Positions 1-8,296 of a DNA stretch of 29,922 nt are shown here, one piece after another (position 1 is the stretch's first letter; every line of letters starts with the position of its first letter). The stretch spans positions 1 to 29,922 of the IMG/VR virus record IMGVR_UViG_3300036713_000003. One strand, written 5' to 3'. Below the pieces are notes generated by a model. The model worked only from the letters and a program-made list of their open reading frames with translations. It was not told the DNA's origin and ran no database searches. The DNA is from a virus. Lineage: Duplodnaviria; Caudoviricetes. The translations under genes and the position numbers were made by a program.

Positions 1-354
1 ATAGGAGATTACTTACCTAATATGGCTCTATATATGGCTATACCTTTTTTAAGATTTAAAATAGAAGCAGGAAACATATATTCTAAGACTTCTGAAAGTG
101 GAGTAGCTCTTACTACTGCCGAATCACAACACCTAAGATCAGAAATTTTAAATACTGGAGAATATTTTATTGAGAGAATGATAGACTTTATTAAAAACAA
201 TATAAGTCGTTTTCCTGAGTACAATACAAACTCAGGTGCAGATGTATCTCCAGACAGTAATGGTTTTTCATATCTAGGAATGAATTTAGAAAGACCAAAA
301 GGACAAGGAGATAAGATAACACTAAGAGATTTTCTAACTCCTGATCTAACATAA
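1..354 (+). CDS. head-tail adaptor/connector-like protein, C-terminal part (5' truncated; N-terminus probably at 29766-29922)
   Basis: Frame 1 is open from base 1 (IGDYLPNMALYMAIPFLRFK...FPEYNTNSGADVSP). It resembles the protein that follows the portal in Bacteroidetes siphoviruses. Confidence 0.6.
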   Translation: MGDYLPNMALYMAIPFLRFKIEAGNIYSKTSESGVALTTAESQHLRSEILNTGEYFIERMIDFIKNNISRFPEYNTNSGADVSPDSNGFSYLGMNLERPKGQGDKITLRDFLTPDLT

Positions 355-497
355 TGAAGAAAAGATATAAAGTAAAAGAAGTTAATAAGACAAAATTAAA
401 ATCATATTTAAAAAATGCCAATACAAAAAACAGTACAGGACACACTAGAGGTTGCAGCAGTAAACGGAACAGTCCTAAGTGTAACAACATTTTCTAA
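354..497 (+). CDS. small basic hypothetical protein (47 aa, MKKRYKVKEVNKTKLKSYL...)
   Basis: ATG overlaps the upstream TAA (TAATG coupling); manual translation; its 3' half overlaps the next ORF. Confidence 0.45.
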   Translation: MKKRYKVKEVNKTKLKSYLKNANTKNSTGHTRGCSSKRNSPKCNNIF

Positions 498-594
498 TAT
501 AGAATTAGCATTAAAGATTATTCTGCTAGTGGTATCAATAGCTTATACTATAGACAAGTGGTATAGTCAAAAAAAGAAGAATGGCAAAAAATAA
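415..594 (+). CDS. holin-like small membrane protein (59 aa)
   Basis: Manual translation MPIQKT...IELALKIILLVVSIAYTIDKWYSQKKKNGKK shows a hydrophobic helix and basic C-tail, upstream of the putative lysin. Confidence 0.6.
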   Translation: MPIQKTVQDTLEVAAVNGTVLSVTTFSNIELALKIILLVVSIAYTIDKWYSQKKKNGKK

Positions 595-709
595 AATATA
601 CACAGTAGTTAAAAAAACTCGTACTAAACGTAAAGGAGTACACTCAAAAAATGCTTCCAAATCCCAAAATGCTTTTAAAAAACAATCAAGAGGACAAGGT
701 AAATCTTAA
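581..709 (+). CDS. small basic peptide ending in RGQG (42 aa)
   Basis: Manual translation MAKNKIYTVVKKTRTKRKGVHSKNASKSQNAFKKQSRGQGKS. K/R-rich peptides ending in (Y/S)RGQG recur in phage genomes. Confidence 0.55.
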   Translation: MAKNKIYTVVKKTRTKRKGVHSKNASKSQNAFKKQSRGQGKS

Positions 710-1100
710 ACTTGTTCGTATGATATGTACTGATAAATCTACTATAGGTAGGTTATATCTTAACAAAGAATATGTATGTGATACGTTAGAGAATCCATAT
801 ATAAACAATGAACGTAACATAAGTTGCATACCTGAGGGTAATTATGATGTAAGGTTACGTTTAGCTAGAGAGAGTGCTTCAAGAGATTACTTGCATCTTT
901 TAGTACAAGAAGTACCTGATAGAAGTTATATACTGTTTCATAGAGGTAATACTGCTAAAGATACGTTAGGTTGTATTCTAGTAGGAACGCATAATGAACA
1001 AGACTTTGTTAGTAATTCAAAAGATGCTATGGATTTATTAATAAGTGAAATACTTAAATTAGGTGGCGAGAATATTAAATTATCAATTAATAAAAAATAA
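651..1100 (+). CDS. DUF5675-family L,D-peptidase-like protein, putative endolysin
   Basis: STIGRLY, CDTLE, SCIPEGNY, ILFHRGN...GCILVG motifs (YkuD-like His/Cys); flanked by membrane proteins. Start could be 669. Confidence 0.8.
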   Translation: MLPNPKMLLKNNQEDKVNLKLVRMICTDKSTIGRLYLNKEYVCDTLENPYINNERNISCIPEGNYDVRLRLARESASRDYLHLLVQEVPDRSYILFHRGNTAKDTLGCILVGTHNEQDFVSNSKDAMDLLISEILKLGGENIKLSINKK

Positions 1101-1101
1101 A

Positions 1102-1284
1102 ATGAAAAATTATTTAATCTTAACAATGTTAAAATCAAAAAAAGTATGGTACACAATAGCTGCAATCATTGTACCATTTATAGCAAGATCATTAGATGTA
1201 GATGAGGTTCACGTTAGCGAAATGTTTTGGGCATTAGTAGGTTTAACTGGCGCACAAGGTTTAGCAGATAGTGGAAAAAAGTAA
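1102..1284 (+). CDS. holin-like protein, two TM segments (60 aa)
   Basis: KSKKVWYTIAAIIVPF and FWALVGLTGAQGLADSGK; ATG at 1102 directly follows the DUF5675 stop. Confidence 0.65.
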   Translation: MKNYLILTMLKSKKVWYTIAAIIVPFIARSLDVDEVHVSEMFWALVGLTGAQGLADSGKK

Positions 1285-1993
1285 TAGATACAGATTAAAA
1301 CCACACGAGATAAAAGTCCTACAAAAACTGCGAGAGCAAGAAATAAGTAATGTATTAGTAATAGGAGACTTGCACGAACCTTTTTGTTTGGATTCTTATC
1401 TTGATTGGTGTATAGAACAATACGATACCTATAATTGCACGGAGATAGTGTTTATAGGCGATATAATAGACAATCACTACTCTTCCTATCACGAGACCTC
1501 AGCAGATGGTATGGGTGGCTTAGATGAGCTAGAATTAGCTATTAAGAGAATATCTAGGTGGTATGATGCTTTTCCTAAAGCAACAGTCATAATAGGAAAC
1601 CACGATAGAATCATAATGAGAAAGGCACAAACAAGTGCAATACCTAGTAAGTGGATCAAGTCTTATAAAGAAGTATTAGAAGTTCCTAACTGGAACTTTG
1701 TAGAAAGATACGAACTTAATGAAGTTCAGTATATACACGGAGAGGGAGGTACTGCAAGGACAAAGTGTAGAGCAGATATGATGAATACTGTTCAAGGACA
1801 TTTACATACTCAATGCTACACAGAACATTATGTTGGAAAGAATTTTAGAGTATTTGGTACACAGGTAGGTTGTGGTATTAATCACAAGTCCTATGCTATG
1901 GCTTATGCTAAATATGGAAAGCGACCTGCTGTAGGTTGTGCAGTTATTCTTAATAACGGACAAACTCCATTAAACCTTTTAATGCCCTTATAA
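1271..1993 (+). CDS. calcineurin-like metallophosphoesterase
   Basis: GDLH, GDIID, GNHD, HG and GHLH motifs are all present; GTG start. Confidence 0.9.
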   Translation: MEKSNRYRLKPHEIKVLQKLREQEISNVLVIGDLHEPFCLDSYLDWCIEQYDTYNCTEIVFIGDIIDNHYSSYHETSADGMGGLDELELAIKRISRWYDAFPKATVIIGNHDRIIMRKAQTSAIPSKWIKSYKEVLEVPNWNFVERYELNEVQYIHGEGGTARTKCRADMMNTVQGHLHTQCYTEHYVGKNFRVFGTQVGCGINHKSYAMAYAKYGKRPAVGCAVILNNGQTPLNLLMPL

Positions 1994-2046
1994 TCAACAC
2001 CTTACATATATTAACATTCTAATTGTTAATAACTTATTTAATTACC

Positions 2047-2080
2047 TTGTTAATTATCAAGTTAATTAATTGTATATTTG
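2047..2080 (+). promoter_or_regulatory. host (Bacteroidetes-type) sigma70 promoter for the early operon
   Basis: TTG (2047-2049), 23-nt spacer, TATATTTG (2073-2080) matches the TTG-N17-23-TAnnTTTG Flavobacterium consensus; it lies in the non-coding gap before the early genes. Confidence 0.65.
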
Positions 2081-2103
2081 TGTAAATTTTAAAACAAAAA
2101 CAA

Positions 2104-2241
2104 ATGGTATTAGAAAAACGTAAGTTAAGATTAGTAACTAAAAGATTTAAAAATATATTATTAAATATAATATTTTTTATAATCGTAAGTATAGGATCAG
2201 TAGGTTTATTAATGTTGGGTGGTTTATTAGATAAAATATAA
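2104..2241 (+). CDS. small single-TM protein (45 aa), first early gene
   Basis: Manual translation MVLEKRKLRLVTKRFKNILLNIIFFIIVSIGSVGLLMLGGLLDKI; A-rich leader; stop overlaps the next ATG. Confidence 0.65.
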   Translation: MVLEKRKLRLVTKRFKNILLNIIFFIIVSIGSVGLLMLGGLLDKI

Positions 2242-2591
2242 TGAATATACCTACACTACCAACTAAAGAACAATTAGTTGAAATGCAAAAGCAACACGAA
2301 CTAGAAAGACAAGAAAGACTATTAACCTATGATAATACTAAGGTAGAAGCTAAGTTAGTATATTATAAAGGTTGGATAGCAACAGTAGGTACACACTCTG
2401 TATTAGAAAAATTATCTTCTAAATTTGCAGATATAGAAAGAGGTTGCAACTCTGTTGTTATGATAGGAACTGAAAGACAAAGATGTGCAGATGATACAGT
2501 AGATAGTACTGGTACTTACTCTTTAAATCTTACAGACGATATGTTAGAAGCATATAAAGAAAACAATAATCAATTATTAATAATAAAATAA
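2241..2591 (+). CDS. hypothetical protein
   Basis: 116-aa ORF with TAATG coupling; no recognised motif. Confidence 0.7.
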   Translation: MNIPTLPTKEQLVEMQKQHELERQERLLTYDNTKVEAKLVYYKGWIATVGTHSVLEKLSSKFADIERGCNSVVMIGTERQRCADDTVDSTGTYSLNLTDDMLEAYKENNNQLLIIK

Positions 2592-2597
2592 ATAAAT

Positions 2598-3062
2598 ATG
2601 AAAACGAGTAAAATCAAAACTGTAGTTAGTATAAAACCACATCAAACACAAAAATATGGTACAACTTTTTACCATAATTTAGAAATGGAAAATGGAGATA
2701 AGATTAATATAGGTAAAAAGAAAGAGCAAAAAATAGGTTGGGAATTAACTTATGAAATTGAAGAACAAGGACAACATGAGTATAATAAAGCTAGAGCAGT
2801 TGCACCTGAATCTTTTAATAAATCTAATAACTATACTCCATCTAATTCTTCTAATGATGATAGACAATTACTTATTGTAAAACAGTCAAGTATAAAAGCA
2901 GCAGTTGAATTTGATAATCAATGTACTATTGAAGATATGCTAAAAAATGCTGAAATAATTAAGGATTGGGTAATGGGTACTGATGTACAGAAGAAAGTAG
3001 ATAAGGTAGCTAAGGCTTTTAACGATAAGTTTGAAGATGAATCTGATGACTTACCATTTTAA
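2598..3062 (+). CDS. putative single-stranded DNA-binding protein
   Basis: Beta-rich N-terminal domain, IVKQSSIK motif and an acidic C-terminal tip DESDDLPF typical of SSBs. Confidence 0.6.
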   Translation: MKTSKIKTVVSIKPHQTQKYGTTFYHNLEMENGDKINIGKKKEQKIGWELTYEIEEQGQHEYNKARAVAPESFNKSNNYTPSNSSNDDRQLLIVKQSSIKAAVEFDNQCTIEDMLKNAEIIKDWVMGTDVQKKVDKVAKAFNDKFEDESDDLPF

Positions 3063-3064
3063 TT

Positions 3065-3580
3065 ATGACAGATAGAGAAAAATTTGAAACCATTTGCGAC
3101 CTTACTACTCATACAGTAGGGTTGCAACAAGGTTCTTTAGCTTACAAGACTAGAAAGCAAGAGTTAGTTCATTCAAGAATGATAGCTAGTGTAATAGCAA
3201 TAAAAAATATAGGAATACATCCTGATACTATTGCAGATGTAATAAAAAAAGATAGGACTTCTATATTGTATTATTATAAAATGCATAAACATAATTATTC
3301 ATCTATTAAAAAATATAGAGATATTTTTAATAAAGTGTATGCAGCTTTTGATAAATCTGAAAGTATTAAATTTGTTTTTAATGATAGACATGAACTTTGT
3401 AAATTTTTAATAGGTGCAGGAATAAAAATTTCTACTAAACCTGATGTAAAACTTAAAATTAAAAGTGGTAAAGCAGAATATGAACTACCTACAACTTATT
3501 TACAAATAGACAATAATACTGAAATAATAAAAAAAGCATTAAAAGAATATGATTATTCTGAAGAGATTATAACACTATGA
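3065..3580 (+). CDS. DnaA domain IV-like HTH DNA-binding protein
   Basis: KTRKQELVHSRMIA...IADVIKKDRTSILYY resembles the DnaA C-terminal pattern R..EIV..RQIAMY...IG....RDHTTV. Confidence 0.6.
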   Translation: MTDREKFETICDLTTHTVGLQQGSLAYKTRKQELVHSRMIASVIAIKNIGIHPDTIADVIKKDRTSILYYYKMHKHNYSSIKKYRDIFNKVYAAFDKSESIKFVFNDRHELCKFLIGAGIKISTKPDVKLKIKSGKAEYELPTTYLQIDNNTEIIKKALKEYDYSEEIITL

Positions 3581-4194
3581 ACGAAACACCAAACTATTAT
3601 GCAATAATACCTGCAAACGTAAGGTATGCTGATCTAAAACCTAATGCTAAACTATTATACGGAGAAATAACTGCTTTAAGTAATAAGCACGGATTCTGCT
3701 TTGCTTCTAACAAATACTTTGCAGAGTTATATAAAGTAAATAAAAATACTATTAGTTCTTGGATTTCTGATTTAAAAAATTACGGATTTGTAACTGTAAA
3801 GATAGAACGTAATGTAGATAACCAAATCACGAAAAGATGTATAGGTATACTGAAAAAGATGGATAACCCTATACACGAAAAGCTGAAGTATAATAATACA
3901 AGTATTAATACTACAAGTAATAATATATCTATAAAGGAAAAATTTTTAAATGATGTTATGCTTTTTGATTATCCTAAAGAAATGAAATTAGACTTTATTA
4001 ATTACTGGACAGAGAAAAGTTCTGATAGGTTAAATGCTAAGATGAGGTATCAGAAACAAGCTACCTTTGATGTTAAGTTGCGACTGGATCGTTGGGCGAA
4101 AAATTCTGCTAAGTGGGATAAACCAAAGAAAGCAGGTACATCTAAATTAGATGCACAGATAGATGAGTGGCAAAAGGCAAAGAGTTTACTATGA
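3577..4194 (+). CDS. phage replication initiator / replisome organizer (N-terminal winged HTH)
   Basis: NYYAIIPANVRY, AKLLYGEITAL, GFCFASNKYFAELY, low-complexity linker, and a C-terminal DFINYWTE...RLDRW domain. Confidence 0.8.
   Translation: MNETPNYYAIIPANVRYADLKPNAKLLYGEITALSNKHGFCFASNKYFAELYKVNKNTISSWISDLKNYGFVTVKIERNVDNQITKRCIGILKKMDNPIHEKLKYNNTSINTTSNNISIKEKFLNDVMLFDYPKEMKLDFINYWTEKSSDRLNAKMRYQKQATFDVKLRLDRWAKNSAKWDKPKKAGTSKLDAQIDEWQKAKSLL
3817..3930. repeat. iteron-like imperfect direct repeats plus AT-rich tract (candidate replication origin)
   Basis: GATAACC..CACGAAAAG(A/C)TG at 3817-3839 and 3862-3885, partial AAAAGATG at 3854-3861, then an AT-rich tract with TACAAGTA twice. Confidence 0.45.
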
Positions 4195-4397
4195 TAGATG
4201 AGTATAAGGAGAAACTATACCTAGAAAAGTTATATAAAAAAAATACTATAGATTTGGATAATTATTTTAAGTATAGTGGTAAGCTAGAAATTGGTAAGAA
4301 ATTTAAAAGAGTAACAGAGGAATATACTTATCAAGTAAGAACCTATATAAAAAATGATATGACTAAATATAAACTAAAAGATTACAAAAATGGATGA
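4191..4397 (+). CDS. hypothetical protein
   Basis: ATG at 4191 overlaps the upstream stop (ATGA), preferred over the GTG at 4167. Confidence 0.65.
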   Translation: MIDEYKEKLYLEKLYKKNTIDLDNYFKYSGKLEIGKKFKRVTEEYTYQVRTYIKNDMTKYKLKDYKNG

Positions 4398-4599
4398 ATT
4401 AGATTTTAACGAAAACATTATAGAAGATTTGAATTTAACTGAATTACAAATTTTAAATATTATTTCTAAATGGTACACAAATGGTATGATGCACGATATT
4501 ATATGGGATTGTGAGTGTAGAGAATTAGATGAAATAGTAGAAGATTTATTTTTTGAAAAATTAGAAGAAGAAAATTTAATTAGAAGTATAAAATTATGA
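4390..4599 (+). CDS. small acidic hypothetical protein
   Basis: 69-aa ORF coupled on both sides. Confidence 0.65.
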   Translation: MDELDFNENIIEDLNLTELQILNIISKWYTNGMMHDIIWDCECRELDEIVEDLFFEKLEEENLIRSIKL

Positions 4600-4964
4600 A
4601 AACACTACAGGAAGAAAACATTAAGGAACTAACTGCAAAAGTCTTAGATTTAGTAGCTAAGACATCAGTAGAGTTAGGGCACAGAGCAGATGCTAAAACA
4701 ATGGCATCTTTATCTAAGATACTAGCAGAAGACTTACAAAAAGAGAATAGAATGAAACGTATGAGTTTTAATCAAATATGTGATTCTTTTAGAATAGGAG
4801 TAAGATATTGCGACTTTGAACCTTTTTTAAATATACGAACTTTTTATCGTTGGATTATTGCACACAAGAAAACTGTAAATGATGCTTACTATCAAGTACA
4901 TACTTTAAACAAAAATCCACAAGAAGTACCTTTTTATCAAGAACCTAAAAAACTTTTAAAATGA
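4596..4964 (+). CDS. hypothetical protein (possible replication accessory)
   Basis: 122-aa helical ORF with ATGA coupling on both sides, downstream of the initiator. Confidence 0.65.
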   Translation: MKTLQEENIKELTAKVLDLVAKTSVELGHRADAKTMASLSKILAEDLQKENRMKRMSFNQICDSFRIGVRYCDFEPFLNIRTFYRWIIAHKKTVNDAYYQVHTLNKNPQEVPFYQEPKKLLK

Positions 4965-6028
4965 AAGTAGGAACTTTTTTTAGTGGTATAGGTAGTCCAG
5001 AACAAGCATTATTAAATCTTGGTATTACACACGAAATAGAGTTTGCTTGTGATATTGATAAATATGCTAGGCAAACATATTTAAAAAATTTTAACTGTAA
5101 AAATATGTATGAAGATATAACTGATTTAGACATGAAGAATTTATCTTATGTTGATCTTTTAGTTTTTGGATTTCCTTGTCAAGCATTTTCTATGGCTGGA
5201 AAAAGAGGAGGTTTTGAGGATACAAGAGGAACATTGTTTTATGATGCATTAAGATATTTAAAAGAACATAAGCCAAGATATTTTATTGCTGAAAATGTAA
5301 AAGGATTACTTTCACATGATTGTGGTAAAACTTTTCAGACAATAATTGATTGTCTTGCATTAACTACAAATACTCAAATGTCTTTAATGCCTTTTGATAA
5401 TTTAGGTTATCATATATATTACAAAGTATTAAACACAAAAGATTTTGGTATTCCACAAAACAGAGAGAGAATTTTTATTGTAGGCATAAGAGATGATGCT
5501 GATAATAATTTTAGATTTCCAAAAGAAATACCATTAAAATTAAAATTAAAAGATTTATTACAAATTAATGTAAATGATAAGTATTATTTAAGTGATAAAA
5601 TGATTGAAGGATTTAAAAATCATAAAAACAAACATGAGGAAAAAGGTAATGGGTTTCAATGGAATCCAAAAGATTTAGAAAAAGATAATATTGCAAATTG
5701 TTTAAGGGCTAATGCAGCTTTAAGTCCAACTGATAACACAATAATAGAATGGGTTGCAGATTATAGAAATGATGAGGGTTTAAGAAAGAGAAAAGACAAA
5801 ACAACTCCATGTTTGACAGCATCTAAAAATTCAGAAACTGAACTATCAAGAATGCCTCCTATATTGAAACAAGATAAAATTAGAAGATTAACTCCAATAG
5901 AATGTGAGAGGTTGCAAGGTTTTCCAGATAATCATACAGAAGGAGTTAGTGATACACAAAGATATAAACAATGTGGCAATTCAATAACTGTAAATGTTAT
6001 GCAGGAAATAATAAAAAATTTAATTTAA
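4961..6028 (+). CDS. DNA (cytosine-5)-methyltransferase, orphan
   Basis: Motif I FSGIG, motif IV GFPCQAFS, ENV, QNRERIF, RLTPIECERLQGFPD and GNS. Confidence 0.95.
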   Translation: MKVGTFFSGIGSPEQALLNLGITHEIEFACDIDKYARQTYLKNFNCKNMYEDITDLDMKNLSYVDLLVFGFPCQAFSMAGKRGGFEDTRGTLFYDALRYLKEHKPRYFIAENVKGLLSHDCGKTFQTIIDCLALTTNTQMSLMPFDNLGYHIYYKVLNTKDFGIPQNRERIFIVGIRDDADNNFRFPKEIPLKLKLKDLLQINVNDKYYLSDKMIEGFKNHKNKHEEKGNGFQWNPKDLEKDNIANCLRANAALSPTDNTIIEWVADYRNDEGLRKRKDKTTPCLTASKNSETELSRMPPILKQDKIRRLTPIECERLQGFPDNHTEGVSDTQRYKQCGNSITVNVMQEIIKNLI

Positions 6029-6040
6029 AAAGAAAACAAA

Positions 6041-6319
6041 ATGAAAACAATAACTATAACTGAAAATTAGATAAGTAGTTCTATAGATGCAATCAAATGG
6101 CATTTAAAAAACTATGGACATATAACAAGTTTACAAGCTATAAAATTATATGGTGCTACACGACTAGCTGATATAATATATAAGTTAAAGAAACAAGGTT
6201 ATACTATACATACAACAGATTTAGAATTTACTACTAGATTTGGTAGAAAAACAACAGTAGCTAAATACTTATACTTTAAACCTAAACCTCAGTTTGAACA
6301 GAAATTAATATGGGGATAA
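6041..6319 (+). pseudogene. winged-HTH protein interrupted by an in-frame TAG at codon 10
   Basis: MKTITITEN*ISSSIDAIKWHLKNYGHITSLQAIKLYGATRLADIIYKLKKQGYTI...; TAG at 6068-6070; fills the gap between the methyltransferase and NinG. Confidence 0.7.
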
Positions 6320-6726
6320 AAAAACCAATAAGTAAATTAAAAAAAGAGTTAGATAGTTGGTTTTCTAAATACATCAGACTAAGAGATGCTACAGATATGG
6401 TGGGTGTTGCTCAATGCTTTACGTGTGGTAAGATAGATCATTACAAGAAACTACAGAATGGACACTTTCAATCTCGTAGGCATCACAACACAAGATGGGA
6501 TGAAAAGAATTGTCAAGTACAATGTGTTAAGTGTAATATGTTTGAACAAGGAGAGCAGTATAAGTTTGGAATGTATTTAGATGCTAAGTACGGATTAGGA
6601 ACTGCTGAGGAACTAGAGTTTATGTCTAAGGTAAATGTAAAAATGATGCGTATAGATTATGTAGAGAAGATAAGTTATTACAAAGACCTTGTTAATAAAA
6701 TAAAAAAAGAAAAGAATATAGAATGA
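6310..6726 (+). CDS. ninG: NinG/Rap-like recombination endonuclease
   Basis: LDSWFSKYIRLRD, CFTCG, GHFQSRRH, TRWDEKNCQVQCVKCN. Confidence 0.85.
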   Translation: MGIKKPISKLKKELDSWFSKYIRLRDATDMVGVAQCFTCGKIDHYKKLQNGHFQSRRHHNTRWDEKNCQVQCVKCNMFEQGEQYKFGMYLDAKYGLGTAEELEFMSKVNVKMMRIDYVEKISYYKDLVNKIKKEKNIE

Positions 6727-6735
6727 ATAATTTTC

Positions 6736-6743
6736 TATATTTG
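6736..6743 (+). promoter_or_regulatory. candidate host-type -7 element upstream of the sigma-factor operon
   Basis: TATATTTG ends 3 nt before ATG 6747; no clear -33 TTG at canonical spacing. Confidence 0.4.
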
Positions 6744-6746
6744 AAT

Positions 6747-7103
6747 ATGACCAAACCTATATTTGCAAATACCACACACCAAATAGTTGTTAATGATTAT
6801 TTAAATTTAATGCTAACATTTGCAAAAGACATATCTACAAAAGCAAAGTTTGAAAACTTTAAGGAAGTTTTAGATTGCGTTTTAGAATATCACAACAGTT
6901 ACGGAGAAGATGTAAATGGTGGTAACTGGAACGATTGGTTAATGATAATACCTATTAATACTTCTGTAATGGTTAATGGATATTTTGCAGGAATACAAAG
7001 TAAAGGCAATTTAGAAATAGTAAGGTCTTACAAAGTTTTGTTAGATAATGCGTTAGAAGTTTTAGTTAATGATTTGCGAGAAATAGAATACAATAATGAA
7101 TAA
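6747..7103 (+). CDS. hypothetical protein (alternative start 6723)
   Basis: ORF track; stop overlaps the start of the sigma-like gene. Confidence 0.65.
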   Translation: MTKPIFANTTHQIVVNDYLNLMLTFAKDISTKAKFENFKEVLDCVLEYHNSYGEDVNGGNWNDWLMIIPINTSVMVNGYFAGIQSKGNLEIVRSYKVLLDNALEVLVNDLREIEYNNE

Positions 7104-7659
7104 AGTATATGAAGCAGTAGCAGATTGTAGAAAGACATTTGTAGAGATGTCCTTTGCTTTTACTCACGATATAAACGAAATAGAAGAAGCAGTACAAGAG
7201 TGTCTAATGTATTTTTTGCAAATGAATCCTACAGTTCTTAAAAACATATACGAGAAAGATGGACAGAAAGGATTAATAAGATATGGTGCAGTAGTATTAA
7301 GAAGAAGTTTTACATCAGTAAGAAGTCCTTACTATTATAAGTATAAGAAATACTACACTAACTTAGATGCACAAGCAAGTACATTAACTTACGACATAAC
7401 AGAAACTGGAGAAACATCTAATGAAAAGAATCTATACAACATACCTAATTCTGAAGAATATAAACAATGGCAAAAGCTCGAACTTATTGATCAAGCTCTT
7501 GAAGAAATTTATTGGTACGATGCTTCAGTTTTTAAGCTCTATTATTACGAGGGTAATACACTAACGGGACTTGCGAAAAAAACAGGCATAAGTAGAAACA
7601 GTCTGTTCACGACTATAGACAAAGTAAGAGAACAACTTAAAGAATTGTTAGATGAGTAA
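7096..7659 (+). CDS. ECF-like sigma factor / late transcription regulator
   Basis: Region 2-like IEEAVQECLMYF and region 4-like HTH VFKLYYYEGNTLTGLAKKTGISRNSLFTTIDKVREQLK. Confidence 0.7.
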   Translation: MNKVYEAVADCRKTFVEMSFAFTHDINEIEEAVQECLMYFLQMNPTVLKNIYEKDGQKGLIRYGAVVLRRSFTSVRSPYYYKYKKYYTNLDAQASTLTYDITETGETSNEKNLYNIPNSEEYKQWQKLELIDQALEEIYWYDASVFKLYYYEGNTLTGLAKKTGISRNSLFTTIDKVREQLKELLDE

Positions 7660-8053
7660 CTTCTTTGTCAAAGATGAGGTGTATCAAGAACGTATGCAAA
7701 TATGTAGAAGTTGTGTATATTATAAAAAGTTATTAGGAAATTGCTCCGTATGTAAATGTTTTATGAAAATCAAGTCAAGAATTTCCGTAATGGAGTGTCC
7801 TCAGAAGTATTGGGGAAAGACAACAGAAGTAGAAAGACCTGATGACATACCACAAGAACTAATAGAAGAATGTCTTTTAATTTGGGAAGATGTAAAGACA
7901 GGAGTAGCTAAGAACGTAACAGTAAAAAAGAAAATGATAGAATTATATAATACTATATATAATGCCAACTATAAAACTACAAGTAATTGTGGTTCTTGTT
8001 TAAATAGTTGCTATCAAGGAATAAGACAAATAGTAGAAAAATATAAAACATAA
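7652..8053 (+). CDS. Cys-rich, probably zinc-binding protein (DUF6171-like N-terminus)
   Basis: ERMQICRSC...CSVCKCF..K......CP..YW, plus a C-terminal NCGSC. Confidence 0.6.
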   Translation: MSNFFVKDEVYQERMQICRSCVYYKKLLGNCSVCKCFMKIKSRISVMECPQKYWGKTTEVERPDDIPQELIEECLLIWEDVKTGVAKNVTVKKKMIELYNTIYNANYKTTSNCGSCLNSCYQGIRQIVEKYKT

Positions 8054-8056
8054 AAG

Positions 8057-8296
8057 ATGAAAGATAAAACACCAAATTATTATACAGGAAAAGTCTATGG
8101 CTATAAAGCATTTGATATAATAGAGGACTACGAATTAAATTATAATTGTGCTACTGCATTAACATATATTTTAAGAAGTGATAGAAAGCATAATAGTCCA
8201 AAAGAATGTTTACAAAAAGCTATAGACCATTTAAGTAACCAACTGGAGATATTAGAAAAGGATAAGAAAAAGAATGTAAGAATAAGTCATATATAA
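8057..8296 (+). CDS. DUF3310 (SaV / T7 gp1.7-like) protein
   Basis: PNYYT...AFDII...NYNCATALTYILRSDRK...CLQKAIDHL. Confidence 0.7.
   Translation: MKDKTPNYYTGKVYGYKAFDIIEDYELNYNCATALTYILRSDRKHNSPKECLQKAIDHLSNQLEILEKDKKKNVRISHI

Noticed and set aside
672-690. Slippery A AAA AAC near the DUF5675 start as a programmed frameshift
   Set aside because: A -1 shift would yield only a tiny peptide, and A-runs are ubiquitous here.
1271-1993. Metallophosphoesterase as a specific anti-defence enzyme
   Set aside because: The family is common in phages and nothing in the sequence indicates its substrate.
1994-2103. CRISPR mini-array or tRNA in intergenic gaps
   Set aside because: No regularly spaced 25-45 nt repeats and no cloverleaf with a T-loop motif seen here or in other gaps.
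6758-6765. Second TATATTTG as a promoter
   Set aside because: It lies inside a coding region with only 14 nt to the nearest TTG; TAnnTTTG occurs often by chance in this AT-rich DNA.
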